Source of the DNA: a virus
Virus record (IMG/VR): IMGVR_UViG_3300031957_002411
Coordinates: 71,791 to 135,790 of that record
Reading direction: 5' to 3' (one strand)
Length of the DNA stretch: 64,000 nucleotides
Both the position numbers and the translations under genes were made by a program. Under the pieces are notes generated by a model. That model made no database searches, had not been told where the DNA came from, and saw only the letters and a list, made by a program, of their open reading frames with translations. Each line of letters starts with the position of its first letter. Position 1 is the first letter of the stretch. Of the stretch, positions 1 to 11,100 are shown piece by piece.

Positions 1-2150
1 CTTCTACCCACTGTATTTTTAGCTGTGATGATTCCATAAACTTCAGCCCCATCACCGTCATCACCATATCCAGCTGTTGATGAAAAAGCACCTATGGCAT
101 GAGCGGTTTGCTTGATTGCACCCGGATGATGATTATAAAGATCATAAGCAACAGTTGTGTAACCTCCACCTGTCGGCTCTCCGACATATGGATTACCTCT
201 GGTTAGAGCATCCCCTAATCCCATGTTTGCCGGAATTGGAACCACGGGTGGAAAAGGTATGATAATCTCTGTCCTGCCTGCATATTCATTTCTCATCCTA
301 CGAAATTGTCTTGGTCCGTAAGTAAGATTAGGTGCGCCTTCATATGGCTTTTGCGAGTCCGGCCCTTCAGTTGATAAGTCATCCATAGCAGCCATCGCAC
401 TTGTCAAGGCTGTAAATTGAACTTTAGAAGGGTTCAACGGCGGTAGACTATTTGTCGCTCCGTTTTCAAAATATCTATAATTATAATGCCCACCATTAAG
501 TACATTAGTAAAGTCATTATTATTTACAGCTAGAGCAATATCATAATAACTTTCAACTGGTGATTCAAAAGAATTAACAGCTATTTCAGCAGGAATTTGT
601 CTTCTATCACGTACATCATTTAGATTAGAAGCAGCTACACCCACAGCCGTTTCTACAGCAGCAGTTGCAGATGTAACTTGTTTTATAGCTCCAGCATCAT
701 CTGCTACAAAAGTTTTTCTATGACCGTTAGGAAACACCGGCCCCCAAAAGAATGGATATTCACTGTTAAGGTAAAATCCCTCAAATTGACCCGTACTGAC
801 CTGTATGTTAGGTGGAGGTAATGACAAATTAATAGCTATATAATCAGCACCCAATTTATATTGATCAAAAATACTACTTTGAATTATTCTACTGTTAATA
901 GTAAAGTTGCTTGCATCAATATATGTTGGAGCCTCTGAAAAATTTGGATTACCTTTCTGATAATATCTACTTCTTACAGTCTCTTCAATGTCTAAAAATC
1001 CCAAAGGTCCAAAAGCTCGGTGTTGAGCATTCTCTTCATAGTCATTCATAAAATACGTTGCGGCACTAGCTATGAACTTAGCAAACTGCCAATTGGATCT
1101 AATAACATTTTCTTCAGGAACTGGCTCTGGCTTTTCTCCCATATCGCCAACAATCCATTCGCCACCAATCCAATGACAAAAAACTCTTTCCCCAGCGGCA
1201 TATTCTCTTGGACCTCTATTTATAACTCTAATTTTTTCTGGTGTTACATTTCCATCACAGTCAACCATATTAGGTCCAAACATATGTGGATTTCCTTGCT
1301 CAATAGAAAGAGGCATGGCTAAAGCACTAGTATATCCTGATTCATTTTTAGAATTACTCGTATCATAATAACTACTAGAACTAATCGAATCAGCTTGATC
1401 ACTAGTCAGCTCATTAGCATTAATGTCAGCAGAGTCTAGAGCTTCTAATAACTTAGCTATCAGGCTGGATGGATACTCCCAAGTACCAGTGGTTTGATCA
1501 TAGTAAAATCTAGTTGGAGCAACAACAGCATCGCCGGGACGAACATCATCGCTAGGCTTACTTTGTTTGTAGTTTCCCATGCCAGCATTTCTAGTAGCCG
1601 ACAAGGAATAAGGAGTGCCAGCTGGAGTTTTTGGAACATCAGCAAAAACAGGTACACCTTGGTTTGCAATTACTCTCTCTCTTTTTAATTGTCCAGCATC
1701 TCCAATTCTTACTGTAAATGTGCCAGTGGTTGCACTTTCCTCTAAAGAATTTTGTATCTGTCTTATCTTTCTTAGTTGCGCTGGTGGCTGATCTGTGTCT
1801 GTGTCATCAATATTATCTTCATACCATAGAAGAATATTTTCTAATTCACTAATACTTATACTGGCATCTTCATATTTTTTAGTTGAATTATTAAATCTTT
1901 GATATTCAAAATTACCAACTCCACCGACTGCACTCATAATACCTTCTAAAGTAAAATCTGATATAGCTTCATAGCCATTATCTGTTAAGCCAGTATTTAT
2001 GTTTTGTTGATGAAATGTATTTCCTTGTATCGTGTCTAAATCAAACAAAGTAAATGATGCAAGACCACCCCAAGTAAGTGCTTCATTATCAGTCGTAAAA
2101 ACGTGTTGTGCTTTTTTGTTAGCTTGAAATTGTCCTCTAAACAGCGCCAT
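1..2150 (-). CDS. Large putative virion/tail-tip protein, 3' end runs off the window (not in ORF track)
   Basis: Manual translation from ATG at 2150 (GGAGG 5 nt upstream, overlapping the upstream gene end) reads MALFRGQFQANKKAQHVF... with no stop to base 1; same strand as the tail cluster. Confidence 0.8.
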   Translation of the reverse strand, partial: MALFRGQFQANKKAQHVFTTDNEALTWGGLASFTLFDLDTIQGNTFHQQNINTGLTDNGYEAISDFTLEGIMSAVGGVGNFEYQRFNNSTKKYEDASISISELENILLWYEDNIDDTDTDQPPAQLRKIRQIQNSLEESATTGTFTVRIGDAGQLKRERVIANQGVPVFADVPKTPAGTPYSLSATRNAGMGNYKQSKPSDDVRPGDAVVAPTRFYYDQTTGTWEYPSSLIAKLLEALDSADINANELTSDQADSISSSSYYDTSNSKNESGYTSALAMPLSIEQGNPHMFGPNMVDCDGNVTPEKIRVINRGPREYAAGERVFCHWIGGEWIVGDMGEKPEPVPEENVIRSNWQFAKFIASAATYFMNDYEENAQHRAFGPLGFLDIEETVRSRYYQKGNPNFSEAPTYIDASNFTINSRIIQSSIFDQYKLGADYIAINLSLPPPNIQVSTGQFEGFYLNSEYPFFWGPVFPNGHRKTFVADDAGAIKQVTSATAAVETAVGVAASNLNDVRDRRQIPAEIAVNSFESPVESYYDIALAVNNNDFTNVLNGGHYNYRYFENGATNSLPPLNPSKVQFTALTSAMAAMDDLSTEGPDSQKPYEGAPNLTYGPRQFRRMRNEYAGRTEIIIPFPPVVPIPANMGLGDALTRGNPYVGEPTGGGYTTVAYDLYNHHPGAIKQTAHAIGAFSSTAGYGDDGDGAEVYGIITAKNTVGR

Positions 2151-5100
2151 CATTTCCTCCTTTATTTTGAGATTGTCCCCAAGTTGCAATTTTTGAACTT
2201 GGTATACCATCTTCTTTAAAATATAAATCCCTAGATGCTCTTTGACTTGGCATCTCTTGTGATGTCATATTGGGATGTCCCGGTTCTAAAGATGTGGGAA
2301 CTCTACCTTGCCCCACTGTGTTTGAAGCAGTATTGTATCCTGCCTGATTCATAAGCCCAAAATTTCCTTGAAATTCCTGAGCTGCGTCATTTAGCTGCTC
2401 ATCTGAAAGTATTGATCCTTTAACTTCAACATTCGTTGAATTAACAATATTACTACTATTTCCAAAATTATCTGGACCGGCCTGAAAACCTCCCGGCCTG
2501 TAGTTCTCTAATTGTGGCATGATAGTAATTATTTCATGTCTTGGTGCATTTCTAGAAGATTGGTCTCCCCCACCAGCAGAATTAATTGACCTTAAAGCAC
2601 CTCCTAGAGAATTATAAAGAGCGGTTATGTTTACGTTGCCAGACTGTCCTTTACCAAAGCCTTTTCTCAGCTGTGCATTTCTCTCGTCTTGAATTCTTTG
2701 CTGCTGCCTTGTTATTCTTGCAATATTTCCTTCTCTTTGTTTTTGTAATTTTCCAAACTTCATTGTGTATAAAGAAAGTTGATATTCTGTATTAATTCCA
2801 TTTGCTCCAACATTAACAGTAATATTAGATACCAAAGGACCATTTGCAGAAATAGCTCTACCTAGAAAAACACCACCGAAAGGAACACCAGCAACCTGAA
2901 ATGCACCGCGACCAGATGTTAATAAAGCTCCAGTTGTTAATCCAGCTTTAATGTTTCCAGCTGCATTCATGCCAGCGTATCCATTAAAGTTCCAAGGCGC
3001 TAAATTTTCGTCCTGACTAAATTCTATTTTTCCTCCACCATTTTGAGTTGCCCAAGGTCCATAAGTCCTGTCTCTGGATAAGAATGGGATAGCCACAACG
3101 TCTGGATAAACCGGAGAACCGGGAACGAATTGCTTACTTACTTCAGTGAAACCTTGATTTTCTCTTACCTTATTTATAGCTTGAATAAGACCTTCGCCCA
3201 AAGGTGGAGTTGCGTATTCTCTTGTTAAATTAGTTGGTGTGCCTCTAAGGGCTGGTCTATTAAAACCACATAAACCTCTCACAACATCTGCTCCAAGAAA
3301 ATGCTTTATAAGTAAAGTATTACCAGCTTGCAGTGGGCCATCTCTAAGTCTAGAATCTATAGATGGTTCTGCCCTATTAGGCAAAGTTATCAAACAGTAA
3401 ATATGATTTGTATCTGGGAAAAATACAGTAATACCATTTTCAGTAGTAGCGTCATAGTGAACGACATCACATGCAGCACCAGCTCTCTGCAATGGGATTG
3501 GCTGTGCATATGAATATCCAATTGCATTCTCATATTCACAAGTATCAGGATTAAATATTTTCTTTTCAGGAGATATGGTCCAATTAAAATTAACATGTTG
3601 CCCATAAACTTTAAGTTTTTGCTGTGAAGTTTGGGGAGCCATATAAAATTCTTCATCCACAGTGGCTTTTACAAAAGCTACTTGTGCTGCTAAATTACTA
3701 CCCGGAGCTAGAGCCTCTTGCCCATCACTTAAATTATCCAAACTATAGCTAAGATCAGGAACTGAAAAGCCAGCCTGATTAACTTGAAGACTAATTGTAT
3801 CTGGACTAAATGATTTAAATAACAAATGTTGAGAATGATCAAATCTAACGTATGCAGATGTTCTGTTGTTTCCAAGATCAAATAATGTAAAATCTGCTGG
3901 AGCCAAACCTTGGAAGATATGCAAAGCTTGATCTCCATCTCCACCATTATTGTTTAATAAGTCAGACTCATAATAACCACCTTGAGTCGATGGAGTATAG
4001 TTAAATTCAAACTGCTTAGTAAGTGGGTTAAAATTATGTTCCAATGCTCCTACATAATCACCCGCATCTCCTAAAATTGCATCTTGCACATCAGGTCTTT
4101 GATATCCACCTGTAGTAATGTTTCTAGGTGGAAAACCAAAAGGTCCATTTGCAATATTTCCTCTATTATCTCTCGTTATAGTTTTATCATAGTATAGATT
4201 AACTTTTTGAGGAACTTTAACCAAAAACTTTTTACCTAAACACTCTTCAGCTACGCCTTTAACAAAATCAAAAACTTTTTTAGCATTTTCAAATCCTTGT
4301 TTTTCTAATGTTTGTGACACGCGAATGACATTTGCTAGTCTTCCTCTCTTATTTTGATTTACACGTTTCAATCCTTTTATCAAACGTTCCTTTTCTATAG
4401 TTGACAAGTCAGTTCCGAGTTGGTCTTCTAAAGTGCCATCTTTAATATCTTCAATAATCATTCCCATAGTTTCTGCTTCTTGTTCAACAGCTTGAACAGC
4501 AGCATTACCAATAGATAGTGCAGAAGATGATGGCAAACCTATTGCCGTAGCTCTACCATAATATAGAGGATATCCATAATTAGGATTACAACCTACATTG
4601 CTTCCGTCGTTGGGCCAAACAGATCTGGGAACAGTAACTGCATAATTATTAGAAATTCTAGGATGATGTTGAACTGCTAGGCCAATTGGAGGTGTTGCCT
4701 GAAGCGCTGCTCCTTCTTCTACATCATTTGCTTCAGTACTTTCCATATAAACATTATCATAATCAATTAAAAATTCTGACCACCTTTTAAAACCAGCTAA
4801 AGCAGATCTAAGCTCTAACTCAGTTGTCACATAGAAATTTCCAACGCCTATAGCATTTAAAGAAGTGGCATCTAACATAATCTGTTGATATGCTCCAATA
4901 CCCTTCGGTAAAGCAACAATTTTTGAATTTTTAGAATCAGCACCTACTTTTCTAGGAAGTGTTCCAAAGTAAGGTAGGATCTGATACGATAGCGATTCTT
5001 CTAAAGTGTACCTTTTTGCCCAAGCTGGATTTCTATCAGAATAACCATGAAAATAATACATCTCTACTTCATTAGCGCCAACGACAAATTTATCGGTAGT

Positions 5101-6294
5101 AACAGTAGTTAATTCTTTTCCAAGACTTTTTGACGTTATATTGGTTCCTGTTGGAAGTGCATCTAGGTAATCTTGAAGTGCGTTAGCGCTTTGAGCTTGT
5201 GATCTATCTATTCCATCAACCCTTATTATGCCATGTAAAGCACCATCGCCAGTTTGATTAGCGAATCTTTGTTCTAAAAAGTTAGATGCAGGGTGATTAG
5301 TTATGGGCAACAGGGTAACAAACAGTTCTGTATTTGAAACCTCACAAACTTCTAAACATAAATCAAGCAAAGTCATTTGATCATAATCAATAAAATATAA
5401 ATCATCTAATGCTGGCAGTCCAGAAAGGTCTACCATGTAATTATAGCCTCTAAACTTTATAAATCCCCCAAAACCAGCTTCATCATAAAGTGCAGGAATA
5501 TCTCCAAAAAAACCTGTAAGAGCATTGATTGCCTGAACAACTCTGAAGAATGGTATACCTTGTGGGCATCTCCTAGAAAAACCAGTGCCTGTTATTGGAA
5601 AACCTTTAACTCCACCTCCAAATTCTAGAGATTGTTGGACATTAAGAGCTAGTTCTCCGAACATATCACTTCCACCCGGAAAAAGACTCTTTGTGAAAAG
5701 ACCAAATGGTAGAAAATCGTCAGGCGTATTAAACTCTAAAAATCCGTATATATTAAGTAAATTATCGTTATTAAATGTAGAGCCAGCATAACTATTTAAA
5801 ATAAGAGAAACATTCGATAAAACTTCTCTGGGGTCTGTTAACTGACAAGAAATACTTGGATTACCACCAATGTCTCTCGACTCGTTAATAGCCTGTAGAA
5901 TACCGCCAAAACAAAAATGATTGTTACCACCAGCAACTTCATTTCCATAGATATTATTAAATACATTTATGTATGAAGTTGGTATATCGCTTTGCTTGTC
6001 ACCAAATAAGAAGAAAAGAGGAGCGCCCGGACTTGGTGGATCAAAATTATCACCTACTAACACTTCGCCAGTAACTGGATCTTCATGTTCAAAATATTCA
6101 TCAGGAGTTAAGTTTACACTAAGAGTAGATGGACTATCACCAAAGCCTGCTGTGCAAGTAAAATCCTTAATCGTTGTGTTTAAAAAAGTTTGTTGTTCAT
6201 AAGCTGGCACGAGCGTGGTAGATGGTTGAAAATACTTTTTAAGTTTTTCACCATTTCCAGTGTTACCATCACTTCCTCTAAATAAACTAGACAT
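2137..6294 (-). CDS. Large virion structural protein (1385 aa), putative tail-tip/hub component
   Basis: Long ORF downstream of tape measure; N-terminal 'GFGDSPSTLSVNL...FGGILQ' and C-terminal 'ITVNVGANGINTEYQL' fit hub-like proteins; function inferred from synteny. Confidence 0.55.
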   Translation of the reverse strand: MSSLFRGSDGNTGNGEKLKKYFQPSTTLVPAYEQQTFLNTTIKDFTCTAGFGDSPSTLSVNLTPDEYFEHEDPVTGEVLVGDNFDPPSPGAPLFFLFGDKQSDIPTSYINVFNNIYGNEVAGGNNHFCFGGILQAINESRDIGGNPSISCQLTDPREVLSNVSLILNSYAGSTFNNDNLLNIYGFLEFNTPDDFLPFGLFTKSLFPGGSDMFGELALNVQQSLEFGGGVKGFPITGTGFSRRCPQGIPFFRVVQAINALTGFFGDIPALYDEAGFGGFIKFRGYNYMVDLSGLPALDDLYFIDYDQMTLLDLCLEVCEVSNTELFVTLLPITNHPASNFLEQRFANQTGDGALHGIIRVDGIDRSQAQSANALQDYLDALPTGTNITSKSLGKELTTVTTDKFVVGANEVEMYYFHGYSDRNPAWAKRYTLEESLSYQILPYFGTLPRKVGADSKNSKIVALPKGIGAYQQIMLDATSLNAIGVGNFYVTTELELRSALAGFKRWSEFLIDYDNVYMESTEANDVEEGAALQATPPIGLAVQHHPRISNNYAVTVPRSVWPNDGSNVGCNPNYGYPLYYGRATAIGLPSSSALSIGNAAVQAVEQEAETMGMIIEDIKDGTLEDQLGTDLSTIEKERLIKGLKRVNQNKRGRLANVIRVSQTLEKQGFENAKKVFDFVKGVAEECLGKKFLVKVPQKVNLYYDKTITRDNRGNIANGPFGFPPRNITTGGYQRPDVQDAILGDAGDYVGALEHNFNPLTKQFEFNYTPSTQGGYYESDLLNNNGGDGDQALHIFQGLAPADFTLFDLGNNRTSAYVRFDHSQHLLFKSFSPDTISLQVNQAGFSVPDLSYSLDNLSDGQEALAPGSNLAAQVAFVKATVDEEFYMAPQTSQQKLKVYGQHVNFNWTISPEKKIFNPDTCEYENAIGYSYAQPIPLQRAGAACDVVHYDATTENGITVFFPDTNHIYCLITLPNRAEPSIDSRLRDGPLQAGNTLLIKHFLGADVVRGLCGFNRPALRGTPTNLTREYATPPLGEGLIQAINKVRENQGFTEVSKQFVPGSPVYPDVVAIPFLSRDRTYGPWATQNGGGKIEFSQDENLAPWNFNGYAGMNAAGNIKAGLTTGALLTSGRGAFQVAGVPFGGVFLGRAISANGPLVSNITVNVGANGINTEYQLSLYTMKFGKLQKQREGNIARITRQQQRIQDERNAQLRKGFGKGQSGNVNITALYNSLGGALRSINSAGGGDQSSRNAPRHEIITIMPQLENYRPGGFQAGPDNFGNSSNIVNSTNVEVKGSILSDEQLNDAAQEFQGNFGLMNQAGYNTASNTVGQGRVPTSLEPGHPNMTSQEMPSQRASRDLYFKEDGIPSSKIATWGQSQNKGGNDGAV

Positions 6295-6628
6295 TTTTAT
6301 CGCTCCTTAATTTATATCCTACAGTTCCTTCGTTTGTAGGAAAAATACCAAGTACAGCATTTGACGTTGCTGAAGCTGGCCCACGATTGGTTGATATTGC
6401 GCTAACTTCAGTAACTACACCACCAATTACTTCGTGAGCAGCAAGTAATCCGTAATACGAGCTGTTTGCTTCACCAGAACTAACTATACCATCATCAAAA
6501 ATATTAGTGCCTTTAAAACCACCGTTTAAACCTCTGTTGTATCTGCTATTTACACTGTGTGCAGGATCATCAAAATAATTACCTTTTGATGGATAAGCTA
6601 AAAGACCGCTTGGGCTAGGTAATGACAT
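6287..6628 (-). CDS. Hypothetical small virion protein (113 aa)
   Basis: ORF fills the gap between two structural genes and overlaps the downstream start. Confidence 0.65.
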   Translation of the reverse strand: MSLPSPSGLLAYPSKGNYFDDPAHSVNSRYNRGLNGGFKGTNIFDDGIVSSGEANSSYYGLLAAHEVIGGVVTEVSAISTNRGPASATSNAVLGIFPTNEGTVGYKLRSDKNV

Positions 6629-6639
6629 AATTATACACC

Positions 6640-8106
6640 TTAATCAGATAATTCATAAGTCCAACTACAGTTCAAGCTATAAGCGCCTGTTTTTGGATTC
6701 CAAGTTTCTTGAGGAGCATTCACAAAGTATTTCCTTACATTACTTTCTTGTGATGGAGATAAATCATTTACTATTCTTGATATTTCAGTAGCAAAAGGCG
6801 CAACTAAACTGGGCTTGGTTAGAAGTAAGTCAGATCTACTATCACCATAACCAAGTCTGCTAGGATCAACTACGAACTCGATACTTAAACTTCTAGTAAA
6901 TTCAGTTCTAGTTCCCATGCCCTGAAGTATAGGTCCAGTACCTCTACCTATAATTGGTATCACACTAAATACATCTCCGGGGTACGTATCATTGATAGTA
7001 ATATTTTCAGTTAATACTCCATCAAAAATATTAACTGGTCTATTGTCAAAACTTATGTTATAACTAACAGTACCCTCATCAGGATTAAATGCTGCACTAA
7101 CTGATTTTGGTTGACTATTCATGCTGTGTTCTGTAGCACCGTTCGCCCTTGTGTACAAATGAGAAGCAGTGCCAAAATCGCCATTATTAGACAAACTTAG
7201 CCATTCAGTTCTAGCATTATCATCTGCATTACTACCTGTGCCATCAGTTGTTGTGTCAAATCCACGTATGTTTCCATCTATAGAAACTTCAGTAAATCCT
7301 CCTGTACTAGAAGATGTATTTACAGTAAAGGACTCATGATGCTTGTTGCCAGAAGGTCCAATAAGCCAAGTATCTGAAATAGTATAACTACCAGCAGCTA
7401 CATCAATACTTTGTGACCTTCTATGTTTATAAGAAGCATAGCCTTCTAGTTCTAGTAGACCAGCTTCTAAACCACCGTCTGGATAAGCAGCAGCAGAAGT
7501 AGCATCATAACCCGCATTGGTAAGATATGTTTTAGCGTTGTACCATGCCGCACATGAACCAGCAGGATCACCAGTAGTAGAATCATCTACATCAGCATTT
7601 TCTCTGCCAACCGCAGTAACGTTTCTCGTCACTGTGTAATACTTTATATTTTCCCCATAAGTATTATCTTGTTCTACACTGTAATCTTCGCCAAAAGATT
7701 CTATTTTACCTGCACCACCATCACCACAAGCTTCAGCGGTAGCGTCTCTACTATAAGCTATTAGATTTACTGTGTAGGGTGCGTGGTTAATGTATACACC
7801 CTCTCCAAAACTTATATCCAAAAGTCTACATTGAAATTCTTGATTTCCAACTTCTAGCTTTACCCACTCTTTATCAACAAAGTGACTTTCAATACCCTGC
7901 TGCGAACTAAGTATAACATTTAATCTAGAAGAAGGGACTTCTGCTTCATCTGAGCCTCCACCAGATATATCAACAACAAAACCAGTTAATGTTATATTAT
8001 ATACTTTAGTAAACCTAGCCGTTTTATTTCTGTCTTGGGATACAGATATGCTGACAAACGGTGCTGGTATTATGTCGCTACCTTCAACTTTTACTACTGA
8101 TGCCAT
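6640..8106 (-). CDS. Putative tail structural protein (488 aa; distal-tail/baseplate-like, beta-rich)
   Basis: Internally repeated beta-rich segments ('ESFGEDYSV', 'ESFTVNTS', 'ENITINDT'; 'GSYTIS', 'GTVSYN', 'GAYSLN'); position after tape measure. Confidence 0.5.
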   Translation of the reverse strand: MASVVKVEGSDIIPAPFVSISVSQDRNKTARFTKVYNITLTGFVVDISGGGSDEAEVPSSRLNVILSSQQGIESHFVDKEWVKLEVGNQEFQCRLLDISFGEGVYINHAPYTVNLIAYSRDATAEACGDGGAGKIESFGEDYSVEQDNTYGENIKYYTVTRNVTAVGRENADVDDSTTGDPAGSCAAWYNAKTYLTNAGYDATSAAAYPDGGLEAGLLELEGYASYKHRRSQSIDVAAGSYTISDTWLIGPSGNKHHESFTVNTSSSTGGFTEVSIDGNIRGFDTTTDGTGSNADDNARTEWLSLSNNGDFGTASHLYTRANGATEHSMNSQPKSVSAAFNPDEGTVSYNISFDNRPVNIFDGVLTENITINDTYPGDVFSVIPIIGRGTGPILQGMGTRTEFTRSLSIEFVVDPSRLGYGDSRSDLLLTKPSLVAPFATEISRIVNDLSPSQESNVRKYFVNAPQETWNPKTGAYSLNCSWTYELSD

Positions 8107-8127
8107 GATTATTTCCTTTGTATGCTA

Positions 8128-11100
8128 TTATGGACTTGGCGTTGTCGTAACACCACTAGAATATAAATTAAAACCAGATCCAGAGAATACTCCAGAAACC
8201 ATATCTGGAATGTTGCTAGCATATAGTCCCAATCCACTACTTAATACACGCCCTTCAGCTACTTCTGCGAATAAATTCATGGAACCACTAGCTACTGGAG
8301 GTCTTCCACTGGTGTATAGAGTGAAGTTTCTATTATCAATTGGAACTCCTCTGAACCTTTGTCCTGTTATTTCTTTTATAAATGGTCTGTGGACAACAAA
8401 GCCTCTTTGTGAAGGATCTTGACCAGATACTTCTAAGAATATCTCTCCCTCATTATTTGTATACAAAACTCCACTTGTTTCATGCTCTGTATTTAATCCA
8501 CCGCTATTGTGAACTTCAAGATATATAAAATCACTAACGTTAGATGTTTGAGATCTATCTATGCCAGAATCACTATATATTCTAGCTTGTAAGAATATTC
8601 CGGTGTTGGCAGTTGTCTGGTCTGGGACTCTCAATATACCATCACTAACATACGCAGCGCCAGCGTCTAGCCCCATCGTAAATGTTGTATGATTACCACT
8701 AGTCGCAAACTTATGATGAGGAGATCCTACAGCAAATATGTAATCACTATCTGATGTCTTATCTCTAGAGACAGACAAAGCTTTACCAAAGTAATCATTT
8801 TCAGATCCAGATGCAGATACTGTCTTTTGCAATCTAGAATTGTAACCCTGTGGTACGAGTTTCTGTACCAGCTGCCAATCTTTAGTTCTGCTATCCCAAT
8901 CACTTACTGCGTCTTCATAGACAAAAACTGCTCCATTATTAAGAACAGCTGTTACTCCACTGCCACCTAGAGCATACTCATGCCTTACGCCCGACTCACC
9001 CATGTCATATATATTTCTTTCAGGTATATCAATAGAAGCAGAGAACGCTTTATGATTAAATGCTCCACTTGCTTCACCTCCCCTAGAGAATATCATTTCC
9101 TCAAAATTAGGGAAGTCATGCCCCGGCGCTCCAACAGCAAGTACATCATCACGGAAATCAACTGAATAACCAAATTGATCAGTTACTCTAGTAAGATGAT
9201 CTAGCTCTCCAGAAGTGTAAGCGTGATTACCCAAATGCAAAGAACCAGATGCAAGCTCTACATCAAATATATCTTGACCAACATTAATACTCGTAGGTCT
9301 AAACTTACGAACTACGTTCCAACTCTTACTACTTCCACCAACTACACCGTAATCACTCAAGGTTCTAGTTCCACGCTCGTACAAGAATGCAGAACCAGCA
9401 CCACCTCCATAGCTAGTAATCGTTCCAGATATTGCTTCGTATCTAGGCGTGTTACCAGAAACAGCAGTCCAAGTAGTTGGAGTTTCTGAAGAGAAAGCAG
9501 CAAAAGGTGAACCAACAACAAGTTTATTATCACGTATAGCTACAGAGTATCCAAACAAATCACCCGGATATCCAGAAGGTAATTTGTCAAAATCAAGATA
9601 ATCATAACCTTTATCTTTGAGTAGTTGTGGCATCTGCCCATAGAATGCATCAGCATACATAGTGCCATCTATAATTCCACTAAACTTAGCAGTTCCCCCG
9701 TAGATATATTGTTCTTGATCAAATGATGCAATTTGTGCTTTTTTAAGAGCAGGTACTTGTTCGGGGCGAGGAGGAAGATCTGTTGGCAATATATACAATG
9801 GACTTTCACCAATATCAATATCTAAAATAGTAATAACATTTCCATTTCTTTCTGCTGCTGGATCAACATCATCCATGAAATTATTCATCTGTAATCCTGA
9901 AGTTGGAGTAGTTCCATCTCCAGCGAACCTAATCATTAACCCAGAATTACCAGTGGAGTTAAAGAGTTTTTGAGGACTAGATTGAACAGGGGCTTTGATT
10001 CTTGATATCACATTGTAGGAATTGCCCTGATTTTCATCTGGGAAAACAGTGTCTGGATATAAACTATTTAGAAAATCAGCAACAGTGTCATGTATAACTC
10101 CATTTTCATTAGCAATCCTACTACCCTGAATTAGACTAGCATCAGTCAAAACAGTAATCCTAGACTTATCAACGCCAACATCAAAAGGTCTTTGGTGATA
10201 TACTTCTTGGGCTGCTACAACTGGACCGTCATCAATTAAACCATCAGGATTTCTTTCAATAAATATTCCAGAACACTCAGTAGATGGACAGTATTTCATG
10301 CTATTTGTGCTGACAGGTCTTGATTCAGTGACTGTCGTAACTACTTCTGGAGTTCCCGGTATAATAATTTCTCTTTCACCAACCTTAACTGGAACTGGTG
10401 TAAGTTTTACATCAGAAGGTAGTAAAGCTCCAGAAATTCCAACAATACGTGTTGTAGATGGATTGAAGCTTAATGATTGAGCCTGTTCTAAAGTATAGTT
10501 AATCTTATTTGCATCCATGTAAATGGTAATTTCATTAACATCAATAGCAGTAGTACCATCTCCACTTGGGATATAAATATTTATTGATTCATGATTTACT
10601 GACCCATCAAACTGAAACTCTCTTTGTCTTGGAGTAAATGCGTTAATATCATACTTTTGCTGCTCAGATCTAGTCTTATGTATACGAGCGCCAATAAAGT
10701 CATTAGCAACAGTTCTAAATTCATTGTGTTGAGGATTGCCCGGAATATGAATAACGTCTTTTATTTCTACATTTGAACCACTTGCTTGTGCGCCATATCT
10801 TCTATCGCAATTACTAATTAAGAAATTGGTTTGTAATTTTTCATTAAAGTTTGCAGATATAGTATCAACGAATACTCTATAACCAGAACCAGCTAGAACA
10901 GGGAATGTTACGGAGGCAACACCTGTCTTCAAATATGGCACATCAATTATTTCAATGAAGTCATCAGTTATATTATGTATATCATTACTGTTTCTACTTT
11001 GTGAACTAAGTAAAGCAGTGCCTCCAGATCTTATATCAACGCAAACTAAAGAACCTAAAGGAATATCTCGAATCTCAGCAATAGTATTATTGCTAATCCT

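Noticed and set aside
2130-6294. Similar starts MSSLFRG and MALFRG in adjacent large genes
   Set aside because: Only four shared residues and no further similarity seen; probably chance
7793-7799. Extra GTGTATA copy inside the 488-aa gene
   Set aside because: Coding position far from any downstream start; a few chance hits are expected
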